From assembly GCF_011386835.1 (NCBI RefSeq), contig NC_088793.1, positions 104,904,001 to 104,968,000 on the forward strand: 64,000 bases of DNA. The letters run 5' to 3'. The notes under the pieces were generated by a model. That model saw nothing but the letters and a program-made list of their open reading frames with translations. It was not told the DNA's origin and ran no database searches. Origin of the DNA: Chrysemys picta bellii (taxonomy: Eukaryota). Positions 13,179 to 26,422 of the stretch are shown here, piece by piece; position 1 is the stretch's first letter, and every line of letters starts with the position of its first letter. The position numbers and the translations under genes were made by a program.

Positions 13179-14455
13179 AGAGATGGAATGGGGGTGGGGA
13201 GAATCAAGGGCAAAACTTCCTTTCCATTCTTGTCCAATTATGGGCTAGAAGAAATGGTCACCTGTCAAAATAAGTAGCAGGACTAATAACCATCTTTATT
13301 AGCTTCACCAAACTTCCATCCCCTGTGTACGCAAGAGTGCTCAGGACCCTTTACAGATTTTTCATCATAGTATAAATAGCTCAAAGAATTAAGAACAAAA
13401 AGACAGAAGAAATGGTACCTAGAGAAGAGGATGAAGGAAAAGTATTGCAAATAGGAGTGAAAATGTAGCTACAATAACTTTTTTTAAAACCTGTTGTAAA
13501 AGAAGAAGTGATATATTTCTTCTTGAAACTCAGCAGGGCAGAGACAAATGTTTAGAGCTATTTCCATCCTTGAGTGGTCACCATGTAAGAGACAATTGCC
13601 TGTCAGCCTAAGATTTTACTGGAAACCCTGGAAGGGTATCTAGTGATAATCACTTCTGCCCTCCTGACTGTTGTTCAAAAACTTATTCAACAGTGGCATC
13701 GACATTTCTTGCCAGGGTAAAGAAAGTAATTGTATCTGGAACCTAATGAAAATACAGTGTCATTATCTAGATACATGCATATCTTGCTGAGTTTCAGTAA
13801 GCGCTTTATGTTTTTGCAGTTTTTAGTTATTTTCTGAAAAATAGTACTTGGTTATTGGGCTTGGGCGTTTAGTGCCACCTTAGAGTACAGCAAAAATCAA
13901 CCACTATCTTGAAGGATTTTTCCTCTTTTCTTGATCCTAAACAGTAAAGAGACAGTATGTCATCTAGGTAATTACACTAAGCTGAATGGATTGCCCTAGG
14001 GTTCTGGAAAAGGTCTCCGTCTATTGTAAAGCAAGGCTGTAGTGATGAATAGAAGACAGAGGACCTGAAATAGATCAGCTAGAGGGACAACTGAAATGGC
14101 TGTGATAAATAAGAATATTGGTATTAAATGAGTTGGTGGAAAACAGCATTACTATCAGACATTAGGATAGACACTTTAAAGTGAAACAGTCATCCCGTGT
14201 TTTAGTAGTCAAACTATGAATTTCCAGTGAAGAATTAGTTTTCTGAGACTGTATCTGCACAATTCATATTTTTGGCTTTATATTGAAGGGGAATAAAGCA
14301 ATGTCCAGTTCGATTTATCTGCTGCAAATATATTTGCCTATTCCAGAAAATTACCTGGCATGATATTTAGACTGCAGCAATAATAAAAGTACAGTACACT
14401 CACTTATGCACTGGTGTTGCAACTTCACTGCTGAAACGAGAGGACTAGAGGCCAT

Positions 14456-15524
14456 TGTGACAGGGTCCCCCGGGTGCAACCTGGACTGTGGGACAGCTGA
14501 GTCCTCCAAACCCACCAGCCTGAGCTGTCTCATGCTATGAGCTAAGATCAAGCTACAAGCCTCTGACAGGCACTGCACTTACATAGCCATCCACAGGCAG
14601 GGACACACCCGGCTGAGTTACATAAACGATCTCCCAGCCACTCATGAGCTTCAGCCAGTTCCCCCAGCTCCAGCCCTACACCCCAGAACTGCACCATCTT
14701 GCACTGGTCAGAAGCCTGACCAGTGTAAACTCTTTACTTAGTTGGCCACTTCTTCATAGGAAAGTGGACATGCACTTCAACCAAAAACAAACTGTTTTAG
14801 GTAAAATATAAAACATATTTATTAAATACAGAAAGATTTTAAGTGATTATAAGTAGCAGGCATAGAGATCAAAGTTGGTTACTTAAGAAATAGAATTTAG
14901 ACTGCATTTCTATTTGTAACTTTAACATACTAAGCAAGATTTGAATCAAGAAGTTTCTCATCCTAAGATCAGATATTACAGGCAGATTACAGTTCCTCAA
15001 TACTCAGACTGGTCCCAGGCTGGAAGGAAGTGCAGTCTCCCTAGTTCCAAGTCTTTGTCTTCCAGGTGTTGAGATGGGGGTGGGGGAGAGGACAAGTGAT
15101 GTTACTGACTCTTTATACCTTCTTTCAGCTGCTAGAAAGATACTTGCTGTGACATGGGGATCAGGCAGTTCCCATTGGTCAAGCAGTCTCCATTGTGTTA
15201 CATCCCTTGTCTAAAGAGCCTCTGGGATAGTGGATTCTTTGTGATCAACACCACCAACGCCTGTCTGACCCTCCTTTATTGCAACTGAAAGGCTGGCTGT
15301 GGGCATCTCCCAACCTCACAGCATGTTTCAGTAGCACATATAGCAATACTTCATAACTTCACATACACCGATAGCATATACAATCCAACAGGATATTCAT
15401 GTTCAGCAGATCAAGACTTTCAAAATGACACCTCACAAGTTATATTTTGTACAAAACATATCATTATATGACAGTGGTGAATATGGCGGTTCCAGGGTGC
15501 TACTTTGAGGTACAGAGTGCCACA
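14456..15524 (-). mobile_element. Solo LTR
   Basis: TGTGAC...GCCACA termini, 5-bp TSD GCCAT/GACAT (4/5). Similar to the 24130-25081 LTR. Strand inferred from family resemblance. Confidence 0.75.
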
Positions 15525-17365
15525 GACATTAACAAATGCATCCATTTTGTTAAATTGTGTTTGCATCGTGTAGTTGTAACAGTAATGGCTAACAGATGGG
15601 AACATTGCCACTTTTGGGGGGAGCTGTCTTTTTCAGCTGCATCCTTCCCTGAGCAATCAGCATTCAGTGGAATATTGTTATTTTATAATTAACCTTTAAT
15701 TATTCCATTTCTCTCTATGATTTGTGATGGCAAAAAAATTGATACAAGAGAACTGTATATTCCAACACATAAGCAATAGTGGTGTATTTGTCAGGTGTTC
15801 TGCAGCATATCTGTACAATATTAATGAAAGTGTAGTGAAAATAGCTGCCCAAAGCTAATTATTTGTTTTTTTAAAACGGTCGGAAGAATAAAAAACCCCT
15901 GCCGTTATACAGTAGCTTTCACCAAAAGATCAGAGCATTCTGCAGACTCTACCTACCGATATACAAACTTGATCCAGGTCTGTTGGATTGAAGGCAAAGC
16001 TATTTCAGCAACATTGTACAGTAGCTTTGGGCTGAAAATGAATAATACTTTATATTTAAGCTTCTTGTGAACGGTCTGCAGTTTTGAACAGTGGCTCAAA
16101 TAATCTCTTCATATACAATAAGATTACGTTCTATGGAATATCCTATTGAATACTGTTCTAAATAAGAATTAGATAAACCTGTATAAAAAATATCAGTAAG
16201 GTGGTGGTGGTGGTGGTGGGGCGGTTAAATACTAAAAGAAAAACTTGGAGCACTTCCAAAATTATTGGGATATCTCCAACTGTGCACTAGGTACTTGCAC
16301 AGTCACCAAATCTGATAGAGCTCATATTCGGAGTTATTCCTGTTCAGTTAGCACAAACACATAAATTGTGGTTGAAGTTGCATTAAAAGCTTGATCAAAA
16401 TTATTGTTAAATCAATTGTGACAAAATATTTTAGATTGTGTTGGCTTTCCCTCCCACTTAGGTTATAAAGCCATTGGCTTTATACAAACAGATTCAATAA
16501 CCAAGGGTTGTATATTCACATTCTCACCAGATATTATAGTACTATTAATAAAGCAAAACACTTCACACAGTTACTCACTAGGGCCTTCTGTGGGACTGTT
16601 CATGTGCTTAAGTATTCAGATGCTCAAGTACCTTGCTGAACTGGGGCTACAAGAGCCATCACATCCTCTTTCAAACTACAGTAGCTTTTATGGCAGCCAT
16701 TTTAAGGGTGTAGTTTGTGTACCAAAAGCCTAATGAAAGTCACCCGGCTATTTTGGAACATAGGTAATCCCATCAAACATAGGATTCCTTGGATGACTGG
16801 GATGCCATCCATACATTGTTGTTCATTGTAAACCTACTGAGATATTAAATAAGAATGTCTTAGTTTAACTGTCTCTTGGTTTTTCTGACTTGAATTTACC
16901 GAAGCAAAGTATAGTTACTACTTTGACTTCATAAGGTTCTTCCACTTTTGATTCACTAAACGGTAGAGCCTTGGAAAACTTTACATAAAATGTGGGTTGT
17001 TACAAACACAGAAACACATTTAGTTGGCATATTTGTATTGAATAATCCAGTCAGATCACTTCACTCTTGAAATTAATCTCTATAGTCATGTCCACCAGCA
17101 CAATATAGAAATAATTTAGTTCGGTTCCGAGGTCTTACTTTCCATCATCCATTTTCGACTGTAGCACTTTATCATATTTAATTTGAGATGACAGAATGGC
17201 ATTTTGTCAAACATATGTTCTGGGTTGTTAACTCAAAACTTACCATTTTGAATCTTGCTCAGAAGGTTCGCCCGTACATTGCTGATGGCAGATAAACACT
17301 CTTGGACTGAATTGAGACTTTTATTAAACTAGTTATATTTTAGGAGTTAGCAGATTTGAAATTCT

Positions 17366-17594
17366 ACATAAGAACAGCCAGACTGGGTCAGACCAAAGGT
17401 CCATCTAGCCCAGTGGCCAATGCCAGGTGCCCCAGAGGGAACGAACAGAACAGGTAATCATCAAGTGATCCATCCCGTCACCCATTCCCAGCTTCTGGCA
17501 AACAGAGACTAGGAACACCATACCTGCCAATCCTGGCTAATAGCCATTGAGGGACCTGTCCTTCATGAACTTAGCTAGTTCTTTTTTGAACCCT
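17366..17594 (-). mobile_element. CR1 3'-end fragment (TTCTTATG-tailed type)
   Basis: ACATAAGAAC...GGGTCAGACCAAAGGTCCATCTAGCCCAGT is the reverse complement of the 3' end of the CR1 at 43228-44460. Confidence 0.8.
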
Positions 17595-17639
17595 AAGATG
17601 ATGGAAAGTAAGATACAAAAATTCTGCAGCATGGTGTCC

Positions 17640-18142
17640 TGTCTTGAATTAGCTTTAAACCTCTAGCTTGCCTCTGAGATGTGTAACTTTAATAAACCTT
17701 TTCTTTGTGGAAAATTTGTTCTTTTTGCATTTCGGTGTACATATTTGTACTGTACTCATCATAGTATGACACACATTGTGAGTAAAAATTTTAATAATCA
17801 TCTAGTAAATAAGAAATGCATCAGTCAGCATTTTCTAACATAATTAAAATGTAAAAATAGACTCTGAATAAATGGGTGAAGCTAAAATTGCTTAACTGTA
17901 TAAATTTACTGTGTCCTCATAGTTAGCAAAAAGATGCACCAAAGTTAGTGTAAAGGCTATATTTAATTGGTAATCAGCATTTCAACCATTACCAGTGAGT
18001 GAGAATCAACCTTTCTTGAGGAAAATAACTGAAAAGTACAAATGCAAACCAGCATTCAAATTAGGGATTTTAATCAAGGGGTTTTGCTTGCTGATTTAAA
18101 TCAATGATTTTAAGTCACTTTGATTTAAATCAGTCATCCCCG
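17640..18142. mobile_element. hAT-like element right-end remnant
   Basis: Repeated GATTTAAATCA subterminal motifs ending GATTTAAATCAGTCATCCCCG. Left end not found. Confidence 0.4.
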
Positions 18143-19448
18143 CTCTTTGCATAGAATTTGTTCATCACCATTTCCAACATGAGTTTTAAGTATGGACGTC
18201 ACACTGCACAGGCAGATATGACCCAGAGTTATTTGCTGTAGGTTTATTTTCTTTTCCTAACTAGCTACATTTATGTACTATCAGAGAATCTGAGCAAGTT
18301 GGGCAAAAATAACCCAAGTGGTCCTAGTCAAACTGCCTTTTGTGTAGTCTCTGTTTATTCTTATTATCACTAGATTAAATGGTTCTGTAACTATATTTAT
18401 TCAGAGCTTGCTGCGAGATACTAATTAGGTTGATCATAGGTGGGGATTCCCCAGGGATTTTTCAGGTGCCATTCCATGTCTTGTTTCCTCTTGAAAGAAA
18501 GTATTGCAAATGTAGTACCAACCCATACCTATGGGAAGGATAAAAATACTTACTGTGTGTTTTATACAATTGCCATTCTCTGCACACCCTTCCTGGGAGA
18601 AATCAGATTTTTTGTGTGTGTGAAATTGTGGATGAACTGCAATACAGCAAAATGTTATATCACACAAGGCTCTGTTAGTCAAGTGAACAGACATAATGTC
18701 ATGAGATTTTGTTCTGTTCTGTTTTAGGGTGTAAAAGGTAAAGTACCTCAAATAACTAAGCAGTTGCAACCAATTAAGGAAATGCCACAAATGAGCAGTA
18801 ACCATGGAATGGGACAACTACAGTGTGTATCATACAAAATTAAGTTTGATTTCCAACTTTCTAGTGTGCACCTGTTCATTCTAGTTTTATATTGAAGAAC
18901 GTGAATTAGTTTTATAGCAAAATGGTCTCCCATTGACATCCCTGAGAGAACACGGCACTTTGAAGATACTTTTCAAATGTTGTTTTCACCCTCGTTTAGT
19001 GGCTTGTATTCATAGGCCTTGTCAACTTTATTCCTCTTCAGATCTCATCTTATCTCTTACCTTTGCCTTCATTTCTTTGTCCCTCCACTGCTCTGTAACA
19101 AACTACGTATTATACGTCATTCTGTTACATAGTTGTTGATCTAGTATCTGGTATTGTTAGAGCATCTTTAATTGCATTAGCAAATCTAAAGCATTTTGTA
19201 ATCTGGTTTTATGAAAGGTTTTTTCCCTGTCTGTTAATACTGATTTTATCCAGTGCTGTAGATTCATACCAGCCTTCATATTGTGATACTGCAAATCTGC
19301 ACCAAAAAGGGATTTTAGGGGTTTGTTTAGAAAAATTCAGACCAGCTTAGATTCTTCTGCTATATTGCTAAAGTTGGGTCAGTTTAGATGATATCATAGT
19401 CCCATCAGGTTCACGTGGAGCTCTCCTTGGAAAGGATGGATGATTGAA

Positions 19449-19672
19449 TGGTCAGGGCTCTAGCTCAGGTCCTTGGGAGACCAGAGACCTTCTATTTGCT
19501 GTTCTGCAGCAGACTTGTGTGTGAAGAACTCATGCAAATCGCTTTAGTGTCTCTGCCTCCGTTCCCCATCTGTAAAATGGGGATAATAGCACTTCCCTAT
19601 CTTACAGTGGTGTGAGGATAAATACATTTAAGATTTTGAGGCATTGAGCTAGCACAGTAATATTGGCCATAC
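19449..19672 (+). mobile_element. MIR/CORE-SINE
   Basis: CORE domain TCTCTGCCTCCGTTCCCCATCTGTAAAATGGGGATAATAGCAC with a degenerate tRNA-like head. Confidence 0.75.
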
Positions 19673-19674
19673 CT

Positions 19675-19695
19675 GAGAGAGAGAGAGAGAGAGAG
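19675..19695. repeat. (GA)n microsatellite
   Basis: About 10 GA units, directly visible. Confidence 0.9.
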
Positions 19696-19921
19696 CGCGT
19701 CACCAGCTCCTTGTGGGGAGGAGGAGTGGCTGTGGATCCAAGCCTTCATGGATCTCCTGGTTCCTCTCCTGCCCATCCCCTACCACCATCAGAGCTAGGC
19801 TATTTATGCTGAAGTTACTCCGCCATCTCCATGGACTAAGTGGTATATAGGAAAAATATAACCTTGCAAGCTCCTGCCCACATCCATGCATTTCATCCAA
19901 CAGAAATGAAACCAGAATTAG

Positions 19922-21039
19922 TGTGACACTTTCCGGGGTACCCAGGGTTGTGACGCACCTCACTACCACCTGCGTGGGGAAGCCTTGTCTGAGCCTGCCA
20001 TATGTCAGCTCTCTGACTCTCTGGGACACAGGCAAAACAAATAGAGCTCTTTAGGACTACACAGACTCTTCTGTCCCTCTGCAGGTTAGCAATAGACACC
20101 CTCCAGTCCCCAGTTCCTCCAAGCATCTCCCTGGAGTGTCCAGGCCATGGTACTTGACACACGTGCATTATTTGCAGACTCACTGCTCCCAAAGGAACAG
20201 TGCACCCCGCTTACCAGTTATACCTCAATCACCACTCCTCTTTACGCACAACACTTATATTGGCTTATAATGCAAACAAGCAAAAGTTGATTTGACAGAC
20301 TACAAATTCTAGTGAAAGCAAGTAGAAGTATCGGAAACATGTAAAATATTACATTATATTACATTACACATAAAATAAAAACCTAGCGTGCATTCCAGAA
20401 TCTAGTGTACTTAGCTAGTTATTGTCATGTCTTTTAGAGCAAAAACTCACCTGCAGTCCTACTAGCATAGAACAGACAGGCTTAGCTGTTATCTTCCCAT
20501 TCATGAGCCATACTGTCCTTTTTCCTCCTTGGTGGAAAGATGTAGGAGGGTACCTCTGCCTGCCACCCCACATGTATGCCAATAATCTATTGTCTTTACT
20601 TGTAAACGGTACTCCCCTCCTGCTCTTTTTTTATTTCCTGTAAATTTCCTCTCCAAGATTTCACAGTCTCTTGATTAGCATTTTGGTTCTGTATGCGAAT
20701 AGACCTATATTGTGAAGGGAACAACACACAATGCCCAGCCAGGGAGACAAGTGCCTATTACCCCTTTGCCTAGAAGGAACTGGTCTGAAGCACGTTGCCT
20801 CCTGTTTTACCTGCCTTAACTTCAAGGGTTTGAGAATGTAATTTTCTGTAAAGATACATAATGCCTTAAATATTATCCATACACACATTTAGAAAGGATT
20901 ATGATGACCACTGGGATACTGGCTCTTGGTCCTGTCCCCACATGCCACCTTTTAGTGAATTATTTTGCATAACCTGACCCAGGGAATCCCTGTGCATCCT
21001 TTGGTGTTCTCTGCCAATTGGCACACATCCTGTGTCACA
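19922..21039 (-). mobile_element. Solo LTR with perfect TSD
   Basis: TGTGACA...TGTCACA termini, perfect 5-bp TSD ATTAG (19917-19921, 21040-21044). Related to the reverse complement of the 60-61 kb LTR. Confidence 0.85.
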
Positions 21040-21058
21040 ATTAGTTTTACAATTCATT

Positions 21059-21427
21059 AGACAAGGTGGGTGAGGTAAAATCTTTTATTGGACCAACTTC
21101 TGTTGGTGAAAGATAAGCTTTTGAGCTACACAGAGCTGTTCTTCAAGTCTGGGAAAGGTACTAAGAGTGTCACAGTTAAATCCAAGATTGAGCAGACCAT
21201 TTAGCATAAGTAGTTAGCACATATTCTAATCTAAGGGACCATTCAAGATTAATATATCCCTTATTTAGCTGTGACACTCTTAGTACTTTTCCCAGACCTG
21301 AAGAAGGGCCCTGTGTAAGCTTGAACGCTTGTCTCTGTCACCAATGGAAGTTGGTCCAATAAAAGATATTTCCTCATCCACCGTCTCTCTAATACCTGGA
21401 ACTAACATGGCTACAACAACACTGCAT
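21059..21427. mobile_element. Penelope-like element remnant with inverted pseudo-LTR arms
   Basis: Arms 21059-21180 and 21264-21386 are reverse complements of each other. Each contains a hammerhead-like core (see findings). Confidence 0.75.
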
Positions 21428-21582
21428 TTTACAATTCATGTCAGAAATTAAGGAATTATTAAAAACAAGCACCAATCTGAACCCAAAGACCAGGCATCGT
21501 TTTCTGTACTTTTGATCACAAAAATCAGAAGGATCAAACTACTTTTCCAGTAACTCTAACATGGACTATGTTTTCTTTGTAG

Positions 21583-21651
21583 GTGGCAGACTGCGCTTGG
21601 GATGAATTAGTGAAGATCTATACCCCATCATGTCTGGCAGCTCCTGTGTAG
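21583..21651 (+). CDS. PEX7: PEX7 terminal coding exon
   Basis: ttttctttgtAG acceptor (21581-21582), then VADCAWDELVKIYTPSCLAAPV-stop, matching the human C-terminus [22 protein letters not shown]. Phase 0, compatible with the 448/449 donor. Confidence 0.95.
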   Translation: MADCAWDELVKIYTPSCLAAPV

Positions 21652-23856
21652 CTCCCCACTTTGCTCAGTGAAGAAAGAGAGCTGACTTGGCGGGAAGCTT
21701 TCTCTGCTCCCAAGAAACTAAACTCATACTAGAGGTGTTGATAATGTGGCTTTAATCCTCATGTCTCTTTTTAAATATGATTTGTAGTTTTAACTGAAGA
21801 TGTTATGCATTTGAAGATACATTTTCAGTGCAGCATGTGGGGACCCGTATTAAGGCTGGTTCAACTGTACAAACAGTGCTTAAGGCAGCAAAATAATGCC
21901 TGGGTGATCAAAGGCTGGCAGGGGCAGACATTTTGCTGGGGGCAGTGCCAGCCAGGTTTGTCTTTGGGGGGTTACATGGGTAAACGTCTTGACAGTGGGA
22001 GATGTGAATCAGATTTCCGAATCCTGATAAAGAATAAAGACAAATGGCAATTTATTTTGAGATACTGGCGCTGTTTTAAAAAAAAGAGGGGAGGCGTATT
22101 TACTGTAAAATAATGCAGCATCAACTTGAGGCTTGTGTCACTCAGTTGATTTGATATTGATACGTTTTGCTCCAAATTCATGTCGCATTATTTTCTTGTG
22201 TAATATGATGAATGCTGTTGATAGACCGTTAGTGTCACACTATAACAAGCTGCTTCCTTTGACCTTTTTGTTCACTGTTTCATGATGGCAGAAAAGCTTA
22301 TTTCCATTTAGTCTTTTTATTCCCCATAGGTTTTCAGATAAAAAGCTTGATGGAGGGTCATGCCAAAAGAAATTCTGTTTTAGATTATGCTCAGAGATCA
22401 CAAAATAGAGACACATTGTGATGGGAAATCCTCAAAAGAATTAGGCATTCTTTTTTTTAATGCTTATCCAAACTTCTTTGCGGCTGTCACACAGACATTG
22501 TAATAATCCTCACCTGCATCAGACCCCTTTACCTTCAGAGACTCCTTCGCAGGGCCCAGCACTTTCGGCAGCCTCTTTGCAGTGCCCTGACTACTACTGA
22601 ACTCAAATGTTGTATGCTCCCAGGTAGTGTATCCCAGAGTTGGTGAGATTTGCATTAAGCCTTGGCCAAATGTCTGAGGGTGCCCAATCTGCTGGAGCAT
22701 TTGAAGATACAGGATGGGGAGAGAGCATTCAGAGATAAGGAACTGGATCTTATTTCAGAGTTACAGGTAAAGGAGGAATGTGTCCTATTTTAGAGATAGG
22801 AACCAGGGGATACTGGACAGCCATGCACAGACAGCTGTGCCTAGATTAGGAGGCAAGGTGAAATATGAAATTCTTTTCCACTTCTGAGAGGTTTGGATTC
22901 TGCATGATTCTTATTTTTTTTAAATCAGGTGATCTGTTCCTGCATACCACGCCCAGTAGCTGAATTAGAAACAAAAGTTTTGATTGTGCAGTGTTATAAA
23001 ATATGACAGATTTTAAAATCATGATGCTTTTTCATTTTAGGTGCTAAGAAATGAGACAACCATAAAGCTATGCTGCTTATAGCTTTTACTAGTACCATGG
23101 GCCATAAAACCCATGCCTATGCATTAAAATTGATTATTTTTAACCTTAACAGTCCTTTCCTTTCATCTCCCTTTTCTGCTTAATATTCAAGCAACATGTC
23201 CGAGTGGGTGGAGGTCATGGAATATCTGTATATATTGTGTGTAAGTATGGAGGATATTTTTAATCAGATAAGATATACTGTTATACTACATCCATTTGAA
23301 AGCTAAACATGGAAAAGCCAGTATGAGGCTACAAACAATCTCAGCCTTTCATCTGAGATGTCATTAGCAGGATGAAAAGATGCTTTCAGTATGTAACCAG
23401 TACATCCAACAAATGGATTAAACTTTCACCTTAGCTACCTCCTTCCCCCCTTGTGCACTGTCTAACTTTCATTTAAGAGCTGCTGAGTCAAGATTTTACT
23501 CTCTTGAAAAATGGGTGAACCCAAAAGCTCAGTGTGGCTTTTAGCCTTACCTTATAATCTCTAACTGGGAAGAATGTGCTGTTATAAACATTTTTGCAGT
23601 GCAGTGAAAAATGTTTCTTTGTCAGTAGTGTAACTAATTTGTAATTTTCAGGGTATGCTTGCTACACATGTTCATTTTAAGAAATTGCTTTTAAGGATGA
23701 CAGCACTATCTTCTAATTCTTCACTAATTATATTCAAAATAGACCTTTAAGTACAAATGTCGTGAACATTTAATCCATTCTTTCAATTTTTAAGGACAAT
23801 TTTTAGTTGTTAGTGCACAGGCTTTTTCTTGAATCAAGCAATATTGTCAATTTAAA

Positions 23857-23862
23857 AATAAA
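23857..23862 (+). terminator. Candidate PEX7 polyadenylation signal
   Basis: AATAAA at the end of an AU-rich tract about 2.2 kb after the PEX7 stop. An alternative AATAAA lies at 22033. The used site cannot be determined. Confidence 0.3.
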
Positions 23863-24129
23863 AGTATTTATTGCTCTAGTATGCTTAAATTAATGGCACA
23901 CTGTGGTAAATAGTAAGTTGTTAGTATCCTTGGAAAGACTATTATACTTATTTTACCAATAACATCCTAGCAGTAGTGATTAGAAAGGCAAATACAGTAA
24001 AAGTATGCTTAGGGAGACCTTGTAATACTCATAATGAGTAGTGTCTTTTAGGTGAATGGTAGAGATCGTATTTTCCTCAACATTGTTGGAGACCCTCTTA
24101 TCTTTTATGTAACTTTTTCTAATTGTATG

Positions 24130-25081
24130 TGTGATGGGTTCCCCCCGGGGTGCCACCTGGAATTGAGGTACCATTGAGCCCCCGACCCACCAGCCTGGGC
24201 TCCCTCTCACACTGTATTGCTGTGACAAGCTGCGGCACCCTCCAGCCTGCACTTTCACCGACATTCACACAGGTAGGGACACACTTGCCACAGATACACA
24301 CAGGCTCTCTTAACCACCAGCTTCCGAGCCTCGGACTATCCTGCCCTGGTCAAATCTGGCCAGTATATGGGTTTAATACCTGGTCTGCCTCTCCCTCAAT
24401 GTGACGCGAACAATGCACACTTCCGGTAACCAAGCAGAGATTTTCCCCAAGCACTCCAGTCAAAGCTCACTGGTTTAGATTAAAATAAAAACAAGTTTAT
24501 TAACTACAAGAGAGAGATTTTAAGTGATAGCAAACAGATTATTTAGCAAATAAAAAACACACTAAGCTTAATATACTAAATAGATTGGATATGAATTAGC
24601 AGATTCTCACCCTGAGACATGATACAAGCAGGTTGCAGATCCTTAAGGGGATCTTGCTTTATGGCTTGGAATCCCCAGTTGTTTCATACACAGGTGGGAA
24701 CCATTTGTTTCAAACTTGACCAGTCCGGTTTGTGGAAAAATACTGACATCCCAAAATGGAGTCCAGAATCATGTGGCCTGGTCACATGTCCTTGCAGTGT
24801 TATAGCAGCCATTGCTTACAGGCTGGCCAAAACACCTACAGGAAGGTTAAGCTATTCCACAGTCCATTGTCTTTGCTAAATGGGCCCATTTGAAATACAG
24901 CTCCCTAGTCAATATTCATAACTTCAGATACAGAAATGATACATGCATACAAATAGGATAATCAGGTTCAGCAAATCATAACTTTTCCAATGATATCCAA
25001 CATGACTCATCTTGCATAATATGCATAATTATGCTATGATCATATAATATCACTATGAAGAATATGGGGTGCAGTTTCACA
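24130..25081 (-). mobile_element. Solo LTR with perfect TSD
   Basis: TGTGA...TCACA termini, perfect 5-bp TSD GTATG (24125-24129, 25082-25086). AATAAA on the minus strand near 24495. Confidence 0.88.
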
Positions 25082-25567
25082 GTATGTGACTTCGTTTTGA
25101 TAAAGTAGTGCTATTTAAATCTGTTCTGCTTGTGCAATCATGTGCTAAGAGTGCAAGTGTCCTCACTGTTCACTACTATAGACTGGCCTTCAGTGCTGGT
25201 GTTCCCCTACATGTTCCCTTCACAGTGAGGGAATATGATAAAATGAGGTTTCCTTCTGTGGTAGTAAGGAGGTTCTTGAATTCTACCACTCTCAAGGCTA
25301 ATTTTCAGCTTTACTTTGGGGGGGGGGAGGAGAACAGTTTCTACCATTTTCATTGCAGAAATAACAAACATTGCTGTGTCCACACACACACACTTCACTC
25401 ATTTGTGTGTGGTATTAAAACTTTTGGGGGCACATCCCATGATACTTAATAGTGCAGTAACCTGAGCCACGCTGATTTTTTCCCCAATGAGTTACGTGTG
25501 TTCCCCATGGCATATGGGTGGAATTACGGGGAAGCATGGGAGGACTAGCAGCACTCTAATGACACTA

Positions 25568-25749
25568 GGCCTGTGTCCACATTGCAGAGTGGTCATGTTA
25601 GCTGACAAGTTGTGCTCTCCTGAGCTGTAACTGGCCAGCCACCTTGTGTTAAAAACACTGCACTCGGTATTTTGTGTGTGGATACAGGTAGAGTTAGGGG
25701 CAACACCTGAGTTATAACTTCAAGTTAACTTTGCAGTGAAGACAAGCCC
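25568..25749. mobile_element. PIF/Harbinger-type MITE
   Basis: Ends GGCCTGTGTCCACATTGCA / TTGCAGTGAAGACAAGCCC. TSD not matched (CTA/TGA). Confidence 0.55.
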
Positions 25750-26422
25750 TGAGAGGCAGCACATGCTATTGTGGATTAAACATGGGACTGAGAGTTCCTG
25801 TGTTCTGAAACCTTGAGCAAGCCACTCTACACCCGACTTGCAGTTTGTTAGTCTGAGGCACCAAGAAGCATCCTCATCTGATATTGACGCCCCTGGCTGA
25901 GCCATTTGTTACACACACCAGCAATTTAGGTACATTAAATCCTGGGTTACTCCCATAAGCCCTAGAAGTGGCTGTGGCAAAAGTGCTTTTTTCAGCTGCA
26001 CCTGGTGAGAAGAGTGGGACCAATGCAGACTTTGTCACAATTATCCACACATTTGCCACCTCAAGATTAGAATTCTGCAGTGTGCTCTACAGGGGTTTAC
26101 ATCATGAGACCATTAGAAACTGAAGCTGGTGCAATATGCCATGGCCTACTTATTTAGTGGAATTTTCATGCCAAGAGCACATAAACCAGGGCTCTGGGAT
26201 CTGCAGTGGCTTCTAGTAAGTTTCTGAATGAAATCCAGTATGTTAACCTATATATAGATCCTTACCCATCTTGGCCTGTTTAACTTTGTGAGTTTGTGCC
26301 TCTCTTTATACTGGGCTGCTGACATTGAGCAGTGAAGGCATTTGAGCTGGAGCACCTTTGCTATAACAGGGAAGGAGCTGCTGCTGACAGGACATTTTGT
26401 CTGAAAGCTCTTAGGTTTTGAC

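Noticed and set aside
22464-22700. 78-aa minus-strand ORF in the PEX7 3' region
   Set aside because: No recognisable homology, splice signals or start context.
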